A stretch of 64,000 nucleotides of DNA from NCBI RefSeq assembly GCF_009834535.1, contig NC_045696.1, forward strand, positions 3,164,001-3,228,000. Reading direction: 5' to 3'. The notes beneath the pieces were generated by a model. That model had not been told where the DNA came from and searched no databases. It saw only the letters and a program-made list of their open reading frames with translations. This DNA comes from Camelus ferus (taxonomy: Eukaryota). Every line of letters begins with the position of its first letter. Position 1 is the first letter of the stretch. Both the position numbers and the translations under genes were made by a program. Below, in pieces: positions 25,120 through 37,793 of this stretch.

Positions 25120-25609
25120 TGTTACAGTTTTCTGTGTCCAGGTCGGGTTGTTGATCTTAAAAATGAAAGTCAGGTTTTTTTACCAGCAAAAATGGGTTTA
25201 TTCGAGAATAGTAGAGAATTGCAATTTAGGACAAGCAAGGCGTGGCAAAAACCACAGGCAAGTCCAACAAACAAAGGAGAGGAATATTCTTTTATAGCAT
25301 GAAGTGGGGAAGTCGGGAGGGCTTGTTTTGGACTCAGTCCATGGGGAAAAGTGAGAGTTCAGGGTGATGATGGTTTCTCACTGGCTGAGTGGCTGTGGTG
25401 TCAGTTTCTCGTAGGAGCGGCAACATGCATCTTTTCCTGTTGGGGCCCACTGGGGCCCGTTGGTGATCTTTCCTTTTGATGATTCTTCTGTTTGGGTCTG
25501 TAATTGACCATTCTTCCTGTAATGACATCTACCTGTGCGTCTGTGAGAGCTCCCCCTTCTGGCCTCCCGGCTCCATGTTAGTGAGGCTCCCCTCTTCAGT
25601 TGGACAACA
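25120..25609 (-). mobile_element. ERV solo LTR
   Basis: TGTTA...AACA termini; reverse polyA signal (tttatt) and reverse TATA (ttttatag) in the expected order. Confidence 0.65.
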
Positions 25610-27318
25610 TTGTGCAGTGTTGATGAGATTATTCTTAGATATTTGATTATGATTCATGCACTGTAAGTTACATCTTTTTAAAATGTCATGTTCCTACTCT
25701 CTGTTACTTGCAGATCAAAATGCTGTTGATTTCATGTTATTTTACATTTCACTTATATCCACAAGTTTTACGTGAATTACTTACTAATTCTAATGTTTAT
25801 CTTTAGAATTTTGAAGATACTTTATGTTCAAAAATAATTTTGTCTAACAATAATAATAGCTTTATTTCTTTTTTCCCAGTACATATTCTTTTCTTTTAAA
25901 AATTCTCCCTTCCTTTCCATTCTTCCATTCTTCTTTCTTTCCTTCACCTTTTTTCCTTTTCATTTTTTTTCTTTCTTTTTCCTTCTCCCCTCCTCCTCCT
26001 CCTCCTTCCAGTTTTATTGCACTGGCTTGAGCTGCAAATACTGAATCGTCTGGTATACGTCCATACAGCGTGTCTCCTTATGTTGCTCCCCATCTCAGAG
26101 GGAAAGCTTTCAATATCTCACCTTTAAATGTGAAATGTAAAAATTATATTTTAAAATAATGTCATTTTCCTTTGAGTTCAAAAGATGAAATAATTTTATA
26201 ATCAAATAAATTATACAGCTTAAATTTGAAAGTCTGAGAGTAGACAAAAGGAAAAAAAGCAGATTTGGGGTCTGAAATATAGCCTCTACTCAAACATATT
26301 TTTCTTTCGTAATAGTAAACCACTTTTTGAGCAATTGTACTTCTATAAAAATGTAAATTTCTCTTTTAAAAAAATCTTATTTGCGTAAACCAGGAAATGC
26401 CCTAACTAAATTCCTTTTTTCTTGGCTTGCAAAGTTACCTTCCAAGGCCAACAGTGAAAAGACTAAAGCTTCCTAATTGACAGTTTCTACTGTGATTGAC
26501 CCCCAAAGCCTCCCCTCACTCCCTAAAGGAATCAAGGTGGAGACAGACCACACCTGTAGCTCAAGCTGTGCGCACAGGGTCACTAAGGCTTCCCAGCTCC
26601 TAGGGGAGCCCTCAGGTAGGATGACCCTCTCCTACCTCCAAACAAAGACCTCCTAAGACACCAGCGTGGTAAATATCAGATGCCAGCCCTAAGTATACTG
26701 ATTTCTGCTTCCTTAAGATTTCATTTTGAGCTTGATGGAATTGATTTGTAAGCAACCTTTCTGAGAGGCTACTTCATGGCGACAGAAGTCAGCTACCTGC
26801 AGGGGTTTCTTCCTAACACCTCCTGGGGAACTGGCTCGATCTTTGACCTCATCTGAACCACATGCCAACACGTAACACATGTCAGTATGACCTTGTGATT
26901 GCTTTTGGTAGTACGCATGTCTGCTCAGTAGTGTTCGTCCACCTTGGATTCACAATCAGCTCCTATATGTGGCGTGCACAGCACACTCATTACCGTGCCT
27001 GATACCCTAAGAGTCCATTCTAGACTCTGTCCTCCGAGAGCTGTGCTCTTGTCGGGAGGTCCACCCACAACAAGCAGGTGAAAGCAAATAAAGCATTAAG
27101 TTCCAAGTTTCCTGTCACTGTCTTTGAGAGCAAATATTCCTTCAGGGACTGGAGAGGGTAGTTAGGAAAGGTGCAAAAGGAGGGATGTACGAGCTTGAAG
27201 GTTACCTGGTGTTAAATCCCAAAGACACTGAGAGATGTGTGGGCACGTGCTGGGAGGCGGGGAAACAAGACTGAAGTAAACCACCACTGGCTGAATGTAT
27301 CTCTTTGGCTATTGTTGC

Positions 27319-27810
27319 TGCAAATGAAAAATATTGCAGCCGTATCAGTAAACAAGGGATGCTGTGGCCATCAAGTCATAAGCCGGTACCAACATCCCTG
27401 AAGGTGAGCCAGAGGGAACTCAGGGTGGGGACAAGCAGGCAGCCTGGCCTCTGCAGCCACCCCTACCGTGCACCCTGAGGGGACTCAGGACATGGGCCCT
27501 GGGCAGCTAAGGTGCACACCACAGGAGTGGTTTCAGTGAGCTCAGACCTTTGCACCTTCCTGTACCTAGAAAAGAGCTGAATTCCTTAACTTAAGATATT
27601 TGGTTTTCTTCAATTAACAGTGATCTTTGGATGTTCTGACTACCTGGTCTTTCTGGCAAAGCTCCTATGTATCCTGGCTCCTCCCCTGCCTCTTTGGAGC
27701 TGTCCCTCAGAGCGAGCTGAGAGGCCACCCCCCTGGGCTGGAGTCCTCGGAAAGTCCTCCGAACAAAGCATAATTCTTAGCTTTTCGGTTGTGTAATTTC
27801 TCAGTCGACA
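27319..27810 (+). mobile_element. ERV1-type solo LTR, family A copy 2
   Basis: Reverse complement of the 13908 copy; TG...CA; TSD ttgc/tcgc. Confidence 0.85.
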
Positions 27811-30370
27811 TCGCCATTGGTGAATCCCACCAACACCTCGCTCCTGCAGCGGTCCCCAGCGCAGCCCTCGATCTCCACCTGCAGCACTAGCCTCCGGTCC
27901 AGGTCACAGCCGCAGGGGCCTGGGTTCCCAGCAGCCTCCTCCGGGCTCTCTGTACACCCACCCTGCGCCCATCTTGCTGCACACACACAGGTGAGTCCCG
28001 ACCTACGCCTCTCGGCACCTCCGTGCCTTTCCCTCACGTGCAAACCAAACCAGAGTCCTTCCAGGGGCCCGGCCGTCTGCGATCTGCCCATCAGCCTGCT
28101 GCTGCAAAACTGGCCTCTGTGCCTCAAAAGATGGCCTAAGACTCGGAGGCAGAGTTTGGGGAGAGTCAGAAAAGAAGAGCCTACTGCTTTGCCAGGCGAA
28201 GTGGAGTTGCAGCAGGCTAATGATGCCTTCGACGCTGAGACTCCGTCCTGGTGTTGGGGTCTTGAGGTTTTATAGAAAAACTGGGTAGAACAGAGAGGGG
28301 CTAACGATTAGGGCGTTTTACAGGGCGCTGCACTCCTCCCAGCGCCAGCGAACCCTCCAGGTGCCGCAGGAGCGACTCCAGAGGGCCCGCCCACTCCTCT
28401 GAGGTCACCAGCCTGTCATCTCCCCCCGGGGCACAGCCCCAGGGCCAAAGTCGCTCTCAGTGAAGAATGCACAGGAAGGGGGTGTGCAACGGAAAAGCCT
28501 GGGGGCTGTTCGGCATCAAAGCAGGAAGGGAGAAAAAGCAAGTGCCGGGCCTCTTGGTCAGAGCCAGTCAGCCAACTTCTCTAGCACTGGGGGGGTCAGC
28601 CTCCCAGCCTGGTCCCCACTCCCTCAAGCCTCGCCAGGCACATAAGCTTTCTTGACTTTCTCAGTTACCACCAGCTCATTGTTTCCCTCTGGGCCTTTGG
28701 CGTGATGGTCTGATGCTTGGAGCAACCCTCCCCTCCTCGGCTCACAAGTCCCATTTTATCCCATCATCGAGGTCTTGACTGAAAAGTCACTTCTTCCACC
28801 AGCCTGTGTCATCACTCCCTAAGCCTTGCCCAGCCTCATCTCTTCCTAGGTTTTGTCGCCCTCTGAGGCCACAGGCGAGTGCTTTGTCCCCCCTGCCATC
28901 TGCTCTGAATCTGTATGCCTGGCTCCCAGCAGATGGCCCATAACCATTTGCTGAACAAAGAACGCACGATTCTCACCTCGCTCCCGTTCATGCCGCCCTT
29001 CCCAAGGGGCGCTCAGCCCCCTCGCCCGTCGCAGCAGGCCTGTGTTCGCTCCTGATAAAACACCGTTTAAGCCGCACTGTGTGTGGAAACCTCTTGGGAT
29101 GCAGAGGCCCCTGCGGGATGGAGGGCGAAGTGTCTCTTAGATCGCTGGCTGCAGGTTCCCCATCCTTTGTCTGCAGAGTGGCTGCGGGTCTCACCCTGGG
29201 CCTGGGTTAGAGGGGTGGAGACCCCCACCCAAGCATCGCCTGCCCCCTGGGTGAGCTGACGTGTTCTTTTAGGTAAGAGGAGTGCCTGTGTTCCAAAGCC
29301 TCCCTTAGGTGAAGTTTCTGAAAAGGTCTGCTTACCTTCCGTAAGTAAGGTAAAGTAATTAAGGTAAAGGCAGCCGCACGTTCCCCTCCAGGCCCCTGCA
29401 GCCCTACCAGCGCCGGCCACTTGATAGCTCCCTCCAGGTTGGGTTACGCAGAGGCCCGCGACACTGCCGTTCGCTGCGATGATCCAGCCGACAAGGCTGA
29501 GTGACTTGGTGGAAATATTTCCCGCTTGGACTAACCGGTTGGCGGCCTGTTTACCATCACGCCTTCTTTTATAATGAAAAAAGAGACTGTTTCTGCTTTC
29601 TGTGATGGCTGCTGCGGAAATGGTGAGTCCGTGGGTGGTGGTGGGGGACGGGGGGCGGGGGGGGAGAGAAGACGCTTCTACAAGGTGACGTTCCAGCAGT
29701 TCTCTGCGTTGTGAAGCCTCCTGACGCCGGCCGGGTGGAAGGGGCTTCCTGACGCAGATTCCACATTGCAGAAACCCTTTGGCCATTGAGTTTTATTCTT
29801 GTTCTAAAGTTAGGCTGTGGAATTTGCTACCTGCTGCTAGTAAGTGGCAACCGTCAGCAAAGTAAAAAATGGTGAATGTGATTTTATTAGTCTTAAGATA
29901 CTCTGCAAAGCTACTCTTGGGATGAAAATGAAATAAATATTTTTAGTGCATAACTGTTGCATAAACAGACCCTGTCGTAGGAAAATCTAAGCAGACAGAG
30001 TTTAAGTGGATGAACAGTTCCCTTTTGAATTTCAAACATTACAAGTAAACAAAAAGAAAATAAAAATGGTTGAGCTAAGCATCTATGCTCACACGGCTGT
30101 TGGAAGCTGTTGGAACCTCTCAATTGTAGCCCTCGGCGGAAGCAGGTTCCTGGAGGGCTGGTGCCTGACTCCTGGGAGGGTGGGCTGGAATCTAGTTGGG
30201 AACATGCGGCCCTTTCCTTGCTCCCTCCGCCTCCCTTCGAGTGACTGGAAATGCCTCTCTGGCACTGAGGTGGGTGGAGTTCTCTTGGAGGAAGCAGAGC
30301 CCCAGTGTGGCTTTGGAGCAAGCCCGCTGTCCCCAGCCACTCCTCCTTCTGCAAGGCAAGGGGGGCAGGG

Positions 30371-30527
30371 GCTGGGCACCCAGAGGGCAGGGATACTTTC
30401 ATCCTTAACTAGGTCAATCCTGTGCGAGCCTGGAAAGGGTTGTGTTTACGGGAAGCTACAAACACTGTGGGTGGAAGTCCCCTCCCTGGTGCCGCCTGCA
30501 ACTGGGGGCACGGACACTACTTTCCTG
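30371..30527 (+). other. TMPRSS3: TMPRSS3 non-coding exon 1 (5' UTR); boundaries approximate
   Basis: Resembles the recalled human mRNA 5' end (tactttc..cttaa.taggtca...ggaaaggg.tgtgttta.gggaagc...aacactgtgg). Candidate donor CTG|GTAGGT at 30528. Confidence 0.6.
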
Positions 30528-31009
30528 GTAGGTGCTTGCCTGGTGCCGGCAAAGGGTGGGGTTTATGTGGGACCAAGAGCCGTGATGAAAGAGAAGGAAA
30601 GCATTTGAAAGTAATTTATCTTCTGAAAAATAATGGTACGCTAACTTCTAAAGGTAAAAAGGCCTGTCTCTATAGATACGCTGTTCAATTGATTTGAGGT
30701 TGGTTGAACAAATAATGGGAAAGTCATGTTTGGGGCAGGACTCCGTTCATATCTTTTCGCTCACTTCAGAAGTGTCTCTCTTATCTGCTGTAGCTCGGGA
30801 AAAACAAAATGCATTCTCCCTGGACAAATGGCTTTGATTTATTGGCAGTGAACAAGCTTCTTGTGGATAGTCAGATTTCAAAGATTTAACACGACAAAGA
30901 TTCGTTTGATGCTAAAGCTATAAATAAGGACTTGATGCTTTCTGCTCTTCCCGTGAAGGAGGTGGAGGTGGAGGCAGAGCCTGGTCTCAGAGGTCCTGAA
31001 ATAGTCACC

Positions 31010-31103
31010 ATGGGGGAAAACGACCCGCCGGCTGCCGAGGCCCCCTTCTCCTTCAGATCGCTTTTCGGACTTGATGATTTGAAAATAAGTCCTGTTGCAC
31101 CAG
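31010..31103 (+). CDS. TMPRSS3: TMPRSS3 exon 2 coding part (94 bp; exon begins about 30959)
   Basis: Kozak [39 protein letters not shown]; donor GTAGGT. Confidence 0.97.
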
Positions 31104-32449
31104 GTAGGTGGGCGCACGGGTGTGCTTACTGCAGTCCCCTCCCCCCCAATACACATGCCCAACGTGGCTGAGTGTCCCCTGGGGAAATACCTCGCCGGGC
31201 GACCTCGCACCCACCGGCTGACACACACGCTTCCTCGGGCTTGCGGAATCCTGGAGAGACGGGGCATTAGAGAGGCCATCACTTTGTTCAGCCCCTGGCC
31301 AACTCTCTGGAGACAGGTGTCAGCCTTCTCTGGATGGAGCTTCTCTGAAACTGACCCTCCAACTGCCCCTTAGGTGTTAGGTAGTTAGGGGACAGGTCCT
31401 GGTCAGGAAATCTCTTAGCCCCCCAGGAAGTTCTGAGAACCCGTGGTCACCAGCCCTTCCAGAAAACTGACAATAAGCTGGGTGTCTCTGAAGGTATCGG
31501 ATGCCTAGATTAAAATTCAACCGCAGGTGACAGAGGTGCCCCTAGCAACTAAAGGAAGAAAAGCTGCTTTTGGAAATGGGTCATAAATGCTTGGAGAAAT
31601 AGCAGATACCTTAATGCCTGGATAGGATCTTTTTGGCAAAAAACTATCAGGACTTGTCACCGGAAGATGTGGCTCCCTGGTCCGGATACAGCCAGGAAGA
31701 CTGACCCCAGGGGCTGGGAAGATGGACCCCTGGGGGCTCTGGTTGAGGTTCCAGAAAGCATGGAGTGGGACCTGTCCTAACGATTCCCTTTAAACCACCT
31801 GGACAGCTGATGTGGACGAGGTGGAGAGGATGGGAGGAGAAGCAGAGGCTTCCATAAAAGAAAAGAGCCACGATTTAAAAATACTTCTCAAAAATCAGCA
31901 TCAGCGTAAATGAAAGAAAAAAAATACCCTGCAATGAACTGACCACCAAAACCTACCTGGTTTTTATGTTTTCTTTGTCCCTTTCCTGTGAGTCTGAACG
32001 CCCGTAAGTGTGAACTCATGCATAGAGCAGATGCAGGCAGGCGTTTTCCCACACGTTTGGGGGCTGTATAAATGCCTTTTTTATGGGATCAGAGCATTCC
32101 ATCGACCGGATGTGTAATTTACACAGCCATTCTGTCATCATTGACATATACTTGTTTCTAATGTTTCATGATATAAATAGCACAATATACATTCTTCTCT
32201 GCTGATTTTTGATAATTTTTTCATGATTGACTCCTAGTGGGAAGGAATAAAAACTTGTTAAAGCTTTTCTTTTAAATGAAGCAATGCATTGTTCATTATA
32301 GAAACTTAGAAAATCGAGTTACATGGAAAGGCTTTTTAATGACCCACAATTTTACTTCTGCTCAGAAACAGCTCTAGTGGCGCTTTATTACTGGATTTCG
32401 CGCCTTCTTCCTATCAAAATATCTTTTTACAAGTGCGTTAAAAAATTAA

Positions 32450-32540
32450 TTTTTCCCTTAACAGAGGCACTGGGGATTGAACCCCAGCCTCATGCATGCC
32501 GCCAGGCAGGGCTCTACCTGAGCTATACGCCCCACTCCCA
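32450..32540 (-). mobile_element. tRNA-derived SINE (Vic-1-like), second copy
   Basis: gaggcactggggattgaaccccag..tcatgcatgc...ctctacctgagctatac. Confidence 0.7.
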
Positions 32541-32574
32541 ACACATCCATGTTTCCCTTTGGAAGTGACACATA

Positions 32575-32899
32575 CAGGCAGGCCCTGGAGTTACTGTGGG
32601 TTCGATCCCAGACCACTGCGATAAAGCAGTATTGCAATAAAGTGAGTCTGCCTGACTTTCTGGTTTCACAGTGCAGGTAAAAGTTATGTGTACACTGTAG
32701 CCTATTCACCGTGCAATAGCATTACGTCTAAAAAACCACGCACATAGGCCTTGACTTAAAAATTAGTTTTAACGTTGTTAAACAATTAACGTCATCGCTA
32801 AAAACTGTTAGCTGTCATCTCACAGCGCAGTGTTGCCACAAGCCTTCGGTTCTCAGCAACGACAGTATCTGTGAAGCGCAGCAGGACGGGCTCTGCCTG
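32575..32899. mobile_element. Internally deleted Tigger1-like mariner-class transposon
   Basis: ta|caggca...gggttcgatcccagaccactgcgataaagc...tgcctg termini. Confidence 0.8.
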
Positions 32900-32985
32900 T
32901 GCCGTTCGTACTCTTAAGCTTTTTAAAAAAACCTTTAAAATATCGTGTTCATCTTTCCATGGCATTAAATAATTAAATTGTCTTT

Positions 32986-33207
32986 AAGGGTTGGCAAACT
33001 ACGACCCCGGGGCCAAACCTGGCCCACCGCTTGTTTTTATAAATGAAGTTTTACTGGGACACGGACGCATCCATTTATGCGCACTGTGGCCGGCTGCCTT
33101 CACGCCAGAGCGGCAGGGTGGAGTGGTTGTGACCGAGACCGCGTACGGACCGTGAAGTTCAAAACATTTACTATCAGGTCCTTTAGAGGAAAAGTTTGCT
33201 GGCCCCT
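32986..33207. mobile_element. MER58A-like hAT MITE
   Basis: gggttggcaaactac...ggccaaacctggccc...gttttactgg.acac...aaaagtttgctggcccc. Confidence 0.85.
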
Positions 33208-34042
33208 CTGTCATTTAGGCGTCTCTGTACCTTTGTTATTTCACCAGCCCCCTTTTCACTGGCCATTTAGGCTGTTCCCACACGTCCGTGTATCAATGTT
33301 ATAAATGCCACTCCTTCCTCCTTTACATGTCCCTGTACATAGAGATTTGTGTGCATCTGTGATGGCTTTTTAGGATAAATTCCTAGAAGGGGAATTAATA
33401 GGTCAAAAATTCTGTCCATTTTCGAGCGTCTTGGGACATATTTCCAATTTGACTCTCAAAAATGTACACAGTCTATAATCCTATTGACTGTTAAGTGTGA
33501 TCCATTTCCTTTCACTTTGAACTTCAGTGGGAATAACTAATAATAATAATAATTCATTGCAAAGTTGATATTATATCTAATTTGCATTTTTTCCTATTTC
33601 CAGAGAGGTTCAATGTCTTCCTGTGCTTGCTTAGCATTTGCATTCCTTCTTTGGAGGGATGCCTTTTGCTTTTTATTGCAGGCGCCCTCAAAGACAGGGC
33701 GAGGAGGGGGTGGGGCCATAGTGGGACACATGGAATGCGGTGGAGGAGCCACAAAGGGGCAAATGGGAATAGATACAAAGGTTCTAATTGAACAGCATTC
33801 TTTGGGTCTACAACTTGGGCTCATTTCTTAAATCTCACTCCTAGATACAGAAAACTAGAGTCGTTCTGGGGTTCCTGCTGAGTTTTAAAGTGTGAATGGA
33901 GCGTGGGCATCTCCAGAGGGAGAGTGACTAATTTAGTGCGGGCTCCTGGGGGTGGGGGAAGTGGAGAGGAGGTCGGTGAATTGGTCATCCTGAAAGGAAT
34001 TGGTCTCTGGCCCTGGGATAAAGTCACCTTCATGATCATGAA

Positions 34043-34200
34043 GCCATCCATCTGTCCATCCGCTCATCTATCCATCCATCCACCCATCCATCCAAACACC
34101 CACCCACCCATCCACACACCCATGCACCCATCCGTCCGTCCATCCATCCATCCATCCATCCATCCACCCATTCATCCATCCATCCATCCAACTGTCCGTT
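34043..34200. repeat. Degenerate (CCAT)n microsatellite
   Basis: Visible ccatccatccat runs. Confidence 0.95.
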
Positions 34201-35476
34201 TTACTAATGTTCATCAAGGACTGTGGCATGGCAGTGCTGTTCTAGGTGCTGAGGACACAGACTTGCACGCACCACCAGCTCCTCCATCCGGACCTAAGAC
34301 GAGTACCCTGCGGATTGCACGTTCTCTGCTCTGCTCCAAGTGTGGGGTCCATCTCCTAGGTCCCTTGTTCTTCCCTCTCTCCACAGGCTCTTTCCTTCCT
34401 TACTCTTTCCTCCTTTTCCTCCCATTTCATCACTTTCCCCCCATTTTTGTCTTCCAATTCTCTTCTTTTTAGACAACCTTGAATGGCATTGACCATTTCA
34501 CAATCACAGTCTTTATTGGCAGTGAGTAGAGCTGTGGGTTTCCGAGGACAGGCAGTGGGACATCTTTTCTGCTCTTCCATGGAACAGCTCTGGGCTCTGC
34601 ATCTCCAGGAGCAGGAGAAGAGAGGTTGGGACAGTCTCTGTCCTGAGAAATCGTGTGCTGCCTGGAAGCCTTCCCCCCATCCCGCATTCCAACTCTCCTA
34701 ATTTTAAGTGAACACAACTTCAGCATAGATGTATTTTTGAGATTGATGAGACAATTTGCATGAAATGGCCTGTTCTCCCAAGGGTAAAGGCTGCCAGTGG
34801 AAATTCTCCTGTTACCCAGAGAGGCTTATACTTTTGGATAGAAGCCTTCTCTTCTACCAAATCGGCCTGGTCCTGCAGGCAAGAACTAGGGAGAGTCTGG
34901 GGTTTCACCCTGTTTGCAAGCTAACAAGTCAACCCGCCAAGCCCCAGGGATGCTGGCAGAAGACTCAGCACCCCGTCCCAGGTCAGCCACGTGTGCACAC
35001 AGGTGCTACGTGCATCTTGTTTGAGTCGGTTACGCTTGGCCGCCAGGTCCCACGGGGGTGACGGGGAGCAGCCCAGGAGCAGGTGGCACCAAGGGTGTGT
35101 CTGCGTCACAGCTGAGGAACCCAGAGCTGAGGGGACCCACATCTTTCTGAATGGGCTTTGAACAGACCTGCCCAAGCTTTGCCCCAAAAGAAGATAATTA
35201 TATTTATCAAGCCAGACAGTAAATAACCTGCCCCTTGCTCTGGAGAGAGACACTGTCTTCTAAGGCTGTTTGCTCTGCCAGCTTCCTCTAAGACATGGGC
35301 TGGAACAAAGGCCATTGGTGTCTGTGCCCAGAACTGGCGGAGAATGATCTGCATGTCATGCAGTGGTCCTTTCAGAGGTCCCAGCTCTCCCTCTCCTGAA
35401 AGCCCCTGCTTGGATTTTGCGTGTCTCCCTCCTCTGCAGGACAACGTCCTTGGAAGCTGAGGTCCTACTCGCTCTC

Positions 35477-35948
35477 TGTGTGAGTTTCCCAGGGCCACCA
35501 CAAACTTGGTGTTAAAACAGCAGAAATTTATCGTCTCCCCATCTGGAGACTAGAACTCTGAAACCAAGGTGACGACAGGGCCACACTGCCTCTGATCCCT
35601 GCAGGGACGTCCTGCCTTGCCTCTTCTTACATTCTTGGGTTTGCCGATGATCAAGGGGTCCCTGACTTATAGATGAGCCACCCCAGTCTCTGCCTTCATC
35701 CCCACATGGCGTCCTGCCCGTGTATTCCTAGCATCTTCCCAGCATCTTCCCTCTGCGTGTCTGTCTGTGTCCAAATGTCCCCTTTTTGTAAGGACACCAG
35801 TCATGTTAGATCAAAGGCTACACAGATGACCTCATTTTAGCTTGATTGTCTCTGTAAAGACTCTATGCCCAAATAAGATGATATCCCGAGTCCCGAGGGC
35901 TTGAACGTCAGCGTACCTTTCGGGAGGGACACAGTGCAACCCATCACA
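35477..35948 (-). mobile_element. MLT1-type solo LTR
   Basis: ttaaaacagcagaaattta...taaggacaccagtcat...gacctcatttta...tgtaaagactctat..ccaaataag. Confidence 0.85.
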
Positions 35949-36180
35949 CCATCCCTTACCTGAGGGCGGAGTGAAGTGGGCTGGGGTTGGATGGCGTGGG
36001 ACCTGCTTTCAGAGAACGTGCCCTCAGGTCGGTGCCCTTTCTCCAAGTCGGCTTTCTTTGGGCTAGAGCATTCTCTGCATTGACAGGAGGGGGGATCAAT
36101 TGCTCAAGTTTAAGCTTTATTTCATTCCAATTTGCTGCTCTGTGGCATTTCGAGATTCCCCCATTTTTTTTGGTTTCCAG

Positions 36181-36291
36181 ATGCCGATGCGGTGGCTGCC
36201 CAGATCCTGTCTCTGCTGCCACTGAAGTTCTTCCCCATCATTGTCATCGGGACAATTGCGTTGATAGTGGCACTGGCCGTGGGCCTGGGCA
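36181..36291 (+). CDS. TMPRSS3: TMPRSS3 exon 3, transmembrane anchor (111 bp)
   Basis: (D)[45 protein letters not shown]. Confidence 0.97.
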
Positions 36292-37153
36292 GTGAGTATG
36301 ATTCATTATTTAGTAGGCGCTCAAATACCCGTGCAGGCGTTTAAACTTTCATGAGCTTGCCCCTCACACCAGCCCGGGGCCCCCGTGCAGCCTTCACGAC
36401 TGAGGCTAGCCCCCTCTGGGTTCGCTGCTTTGAGCTTTATTTGCCTGTAGGGTGGTGAAGCCGATCCGGGCCCCCGCCGGGGCCTTTGGCCATGCTGGAG
36501 GCTTTGTCACCAAGGAGCCTGCCCGGCTGGCAGTGTCCAGAGACAGCTGATGAAATAGAAGCCGCAGGCTTGACGGGGTAGGAGCTGGTGGCAGAGACAA
36601 GGAGGCCATTCATGGGAGGCCAGGCTGCTTTTACCAGCAGGGGCAAGTGGTTTTGAGAAAGGGAGTCATTTGAACTGTGGTCTCTGATAGGGAACAATTT
36701 CTCCTTTTCTCGTCAAATAACTGGATCTCAGATCAGTTTAACTCTCCACCTGCTTGGCTTTGGGGTCCACAGTCCCCTCACTCCTTGCCCAGGGTCAGAG
36801 ATGACAGGGGGCCGACTGGGAGCTGAGGGCCCTCATTCCCGGCCCCTTGTGTGCAGCCGGCTCGGCCGGTCCGCCCACAGCCATGCACTTTCTCGACCTG
36901 GAGCGTCTGGAATCTAAATTCATCTCAAGTTGTGATTCAGGGCCACTTAGGGAGACAATGCGGGTACAGCAGCCCCACCCCCTGGAATGTGGACAGAAAC
37001 TGGGCTGAGGGAAATAGGCTGCTGACGGAGGTGCAGTTTCATTGTAGGTTCCATCACTCTTGGGCAAGCTCAAGGCCACACGGCAGGTGGACGGTTGTTC
37101 GTGCTGCGCACTGAGGGAGCCCTTCCTTGACACCCCTGTTCTCTTCCCCTCAG

Positions 37154-37270
37154 TCCACTTTGACTGCTCCGGGAAGTACAGGTGCCGGTCATCTTTTAAG
37201 TGCATCGAAATGACCGCTCGATGCGACGGGGTCTCGGACTGCAAAGATGGGGAGGACGAGTACAGATGTG
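37154..37270 (+). CDS. TMPRSS3: TMPRSS3 exon 4, LDL-receptor class A domain (117 bp)
   Basis: [38 protein letters not shown], six Cys; CAG/GTAAGG. Confidence 0.98.
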
Positions 37271-37669
37271 GTAAGGTCATGACCCTAGAAACACAAGGAC
37301 ATCGGCGCAAACACTCTCCTGACCACTTCCACCTGAGAAATGGGTCCAAGGCGATGCCATGGTCAAGTCATGTCCCCACCTGGGATCCAGCTGGCATTCA
37401 CTCCAGGAGATCTGGGCTGAGTGTTAAGGGAGGGCCCTTATATGGAGCTTAAATTCATTTTGCGGAGACTCCATGAGCAAGAGGAAGGAACCTACAAGAG
37501 CATTCAGGGTGTGTCCAGACCGTAAGAGCCGTGCCGCCCTGGGAGGGTGTGGTGCTGTGGGCCAGGAGCAGGTCAGGCTCAGCAGAGGAGGATCTGGGCC
37601 GTAGAGAAACTGCCCGGGTCTCAGGACCCCTCAGGCCACTAATGGACTGTCTCCCTGTGTGCCGGCCAG

Positions 37670-37793
37670 TCCGCGTGAGCGGTCAGAACGCGGCACTCCA
37701 GGTGTTCACAGCTGCTGCCTGGAGGACCATGTGTGCCGACGACTGGAAGAGCCACCACGCTGCTGTTGCCTGTGCACAGCAGGGGTTTCCCAG
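37670..37793 (+). CDS. TMPRSS3: TMPRSS3 exon 5, SRCR domain (124 bp)
   Basis: (V)[49 protein letters not shown]. Confidence 0.97.

Larger units (their letters stand above)
21180..26130 (-). mobile_element. Old antisense L1 interrupted by a SINE, a sense L1, MER81 and an LTR
   Basis: L1 antisense signatures (ccatgaatatggtgtatctc, aattttatcaaatgctttttctgcatctattgag); ORFs 21419-21673 and 23943-24164 are ORF2-like. Confidence 0.8.

Noticed and set aside
33903..34472. His/Pro/Ile-rich ORF
   Set aside because: It is the translation of the (CCAT)n microsatellite.
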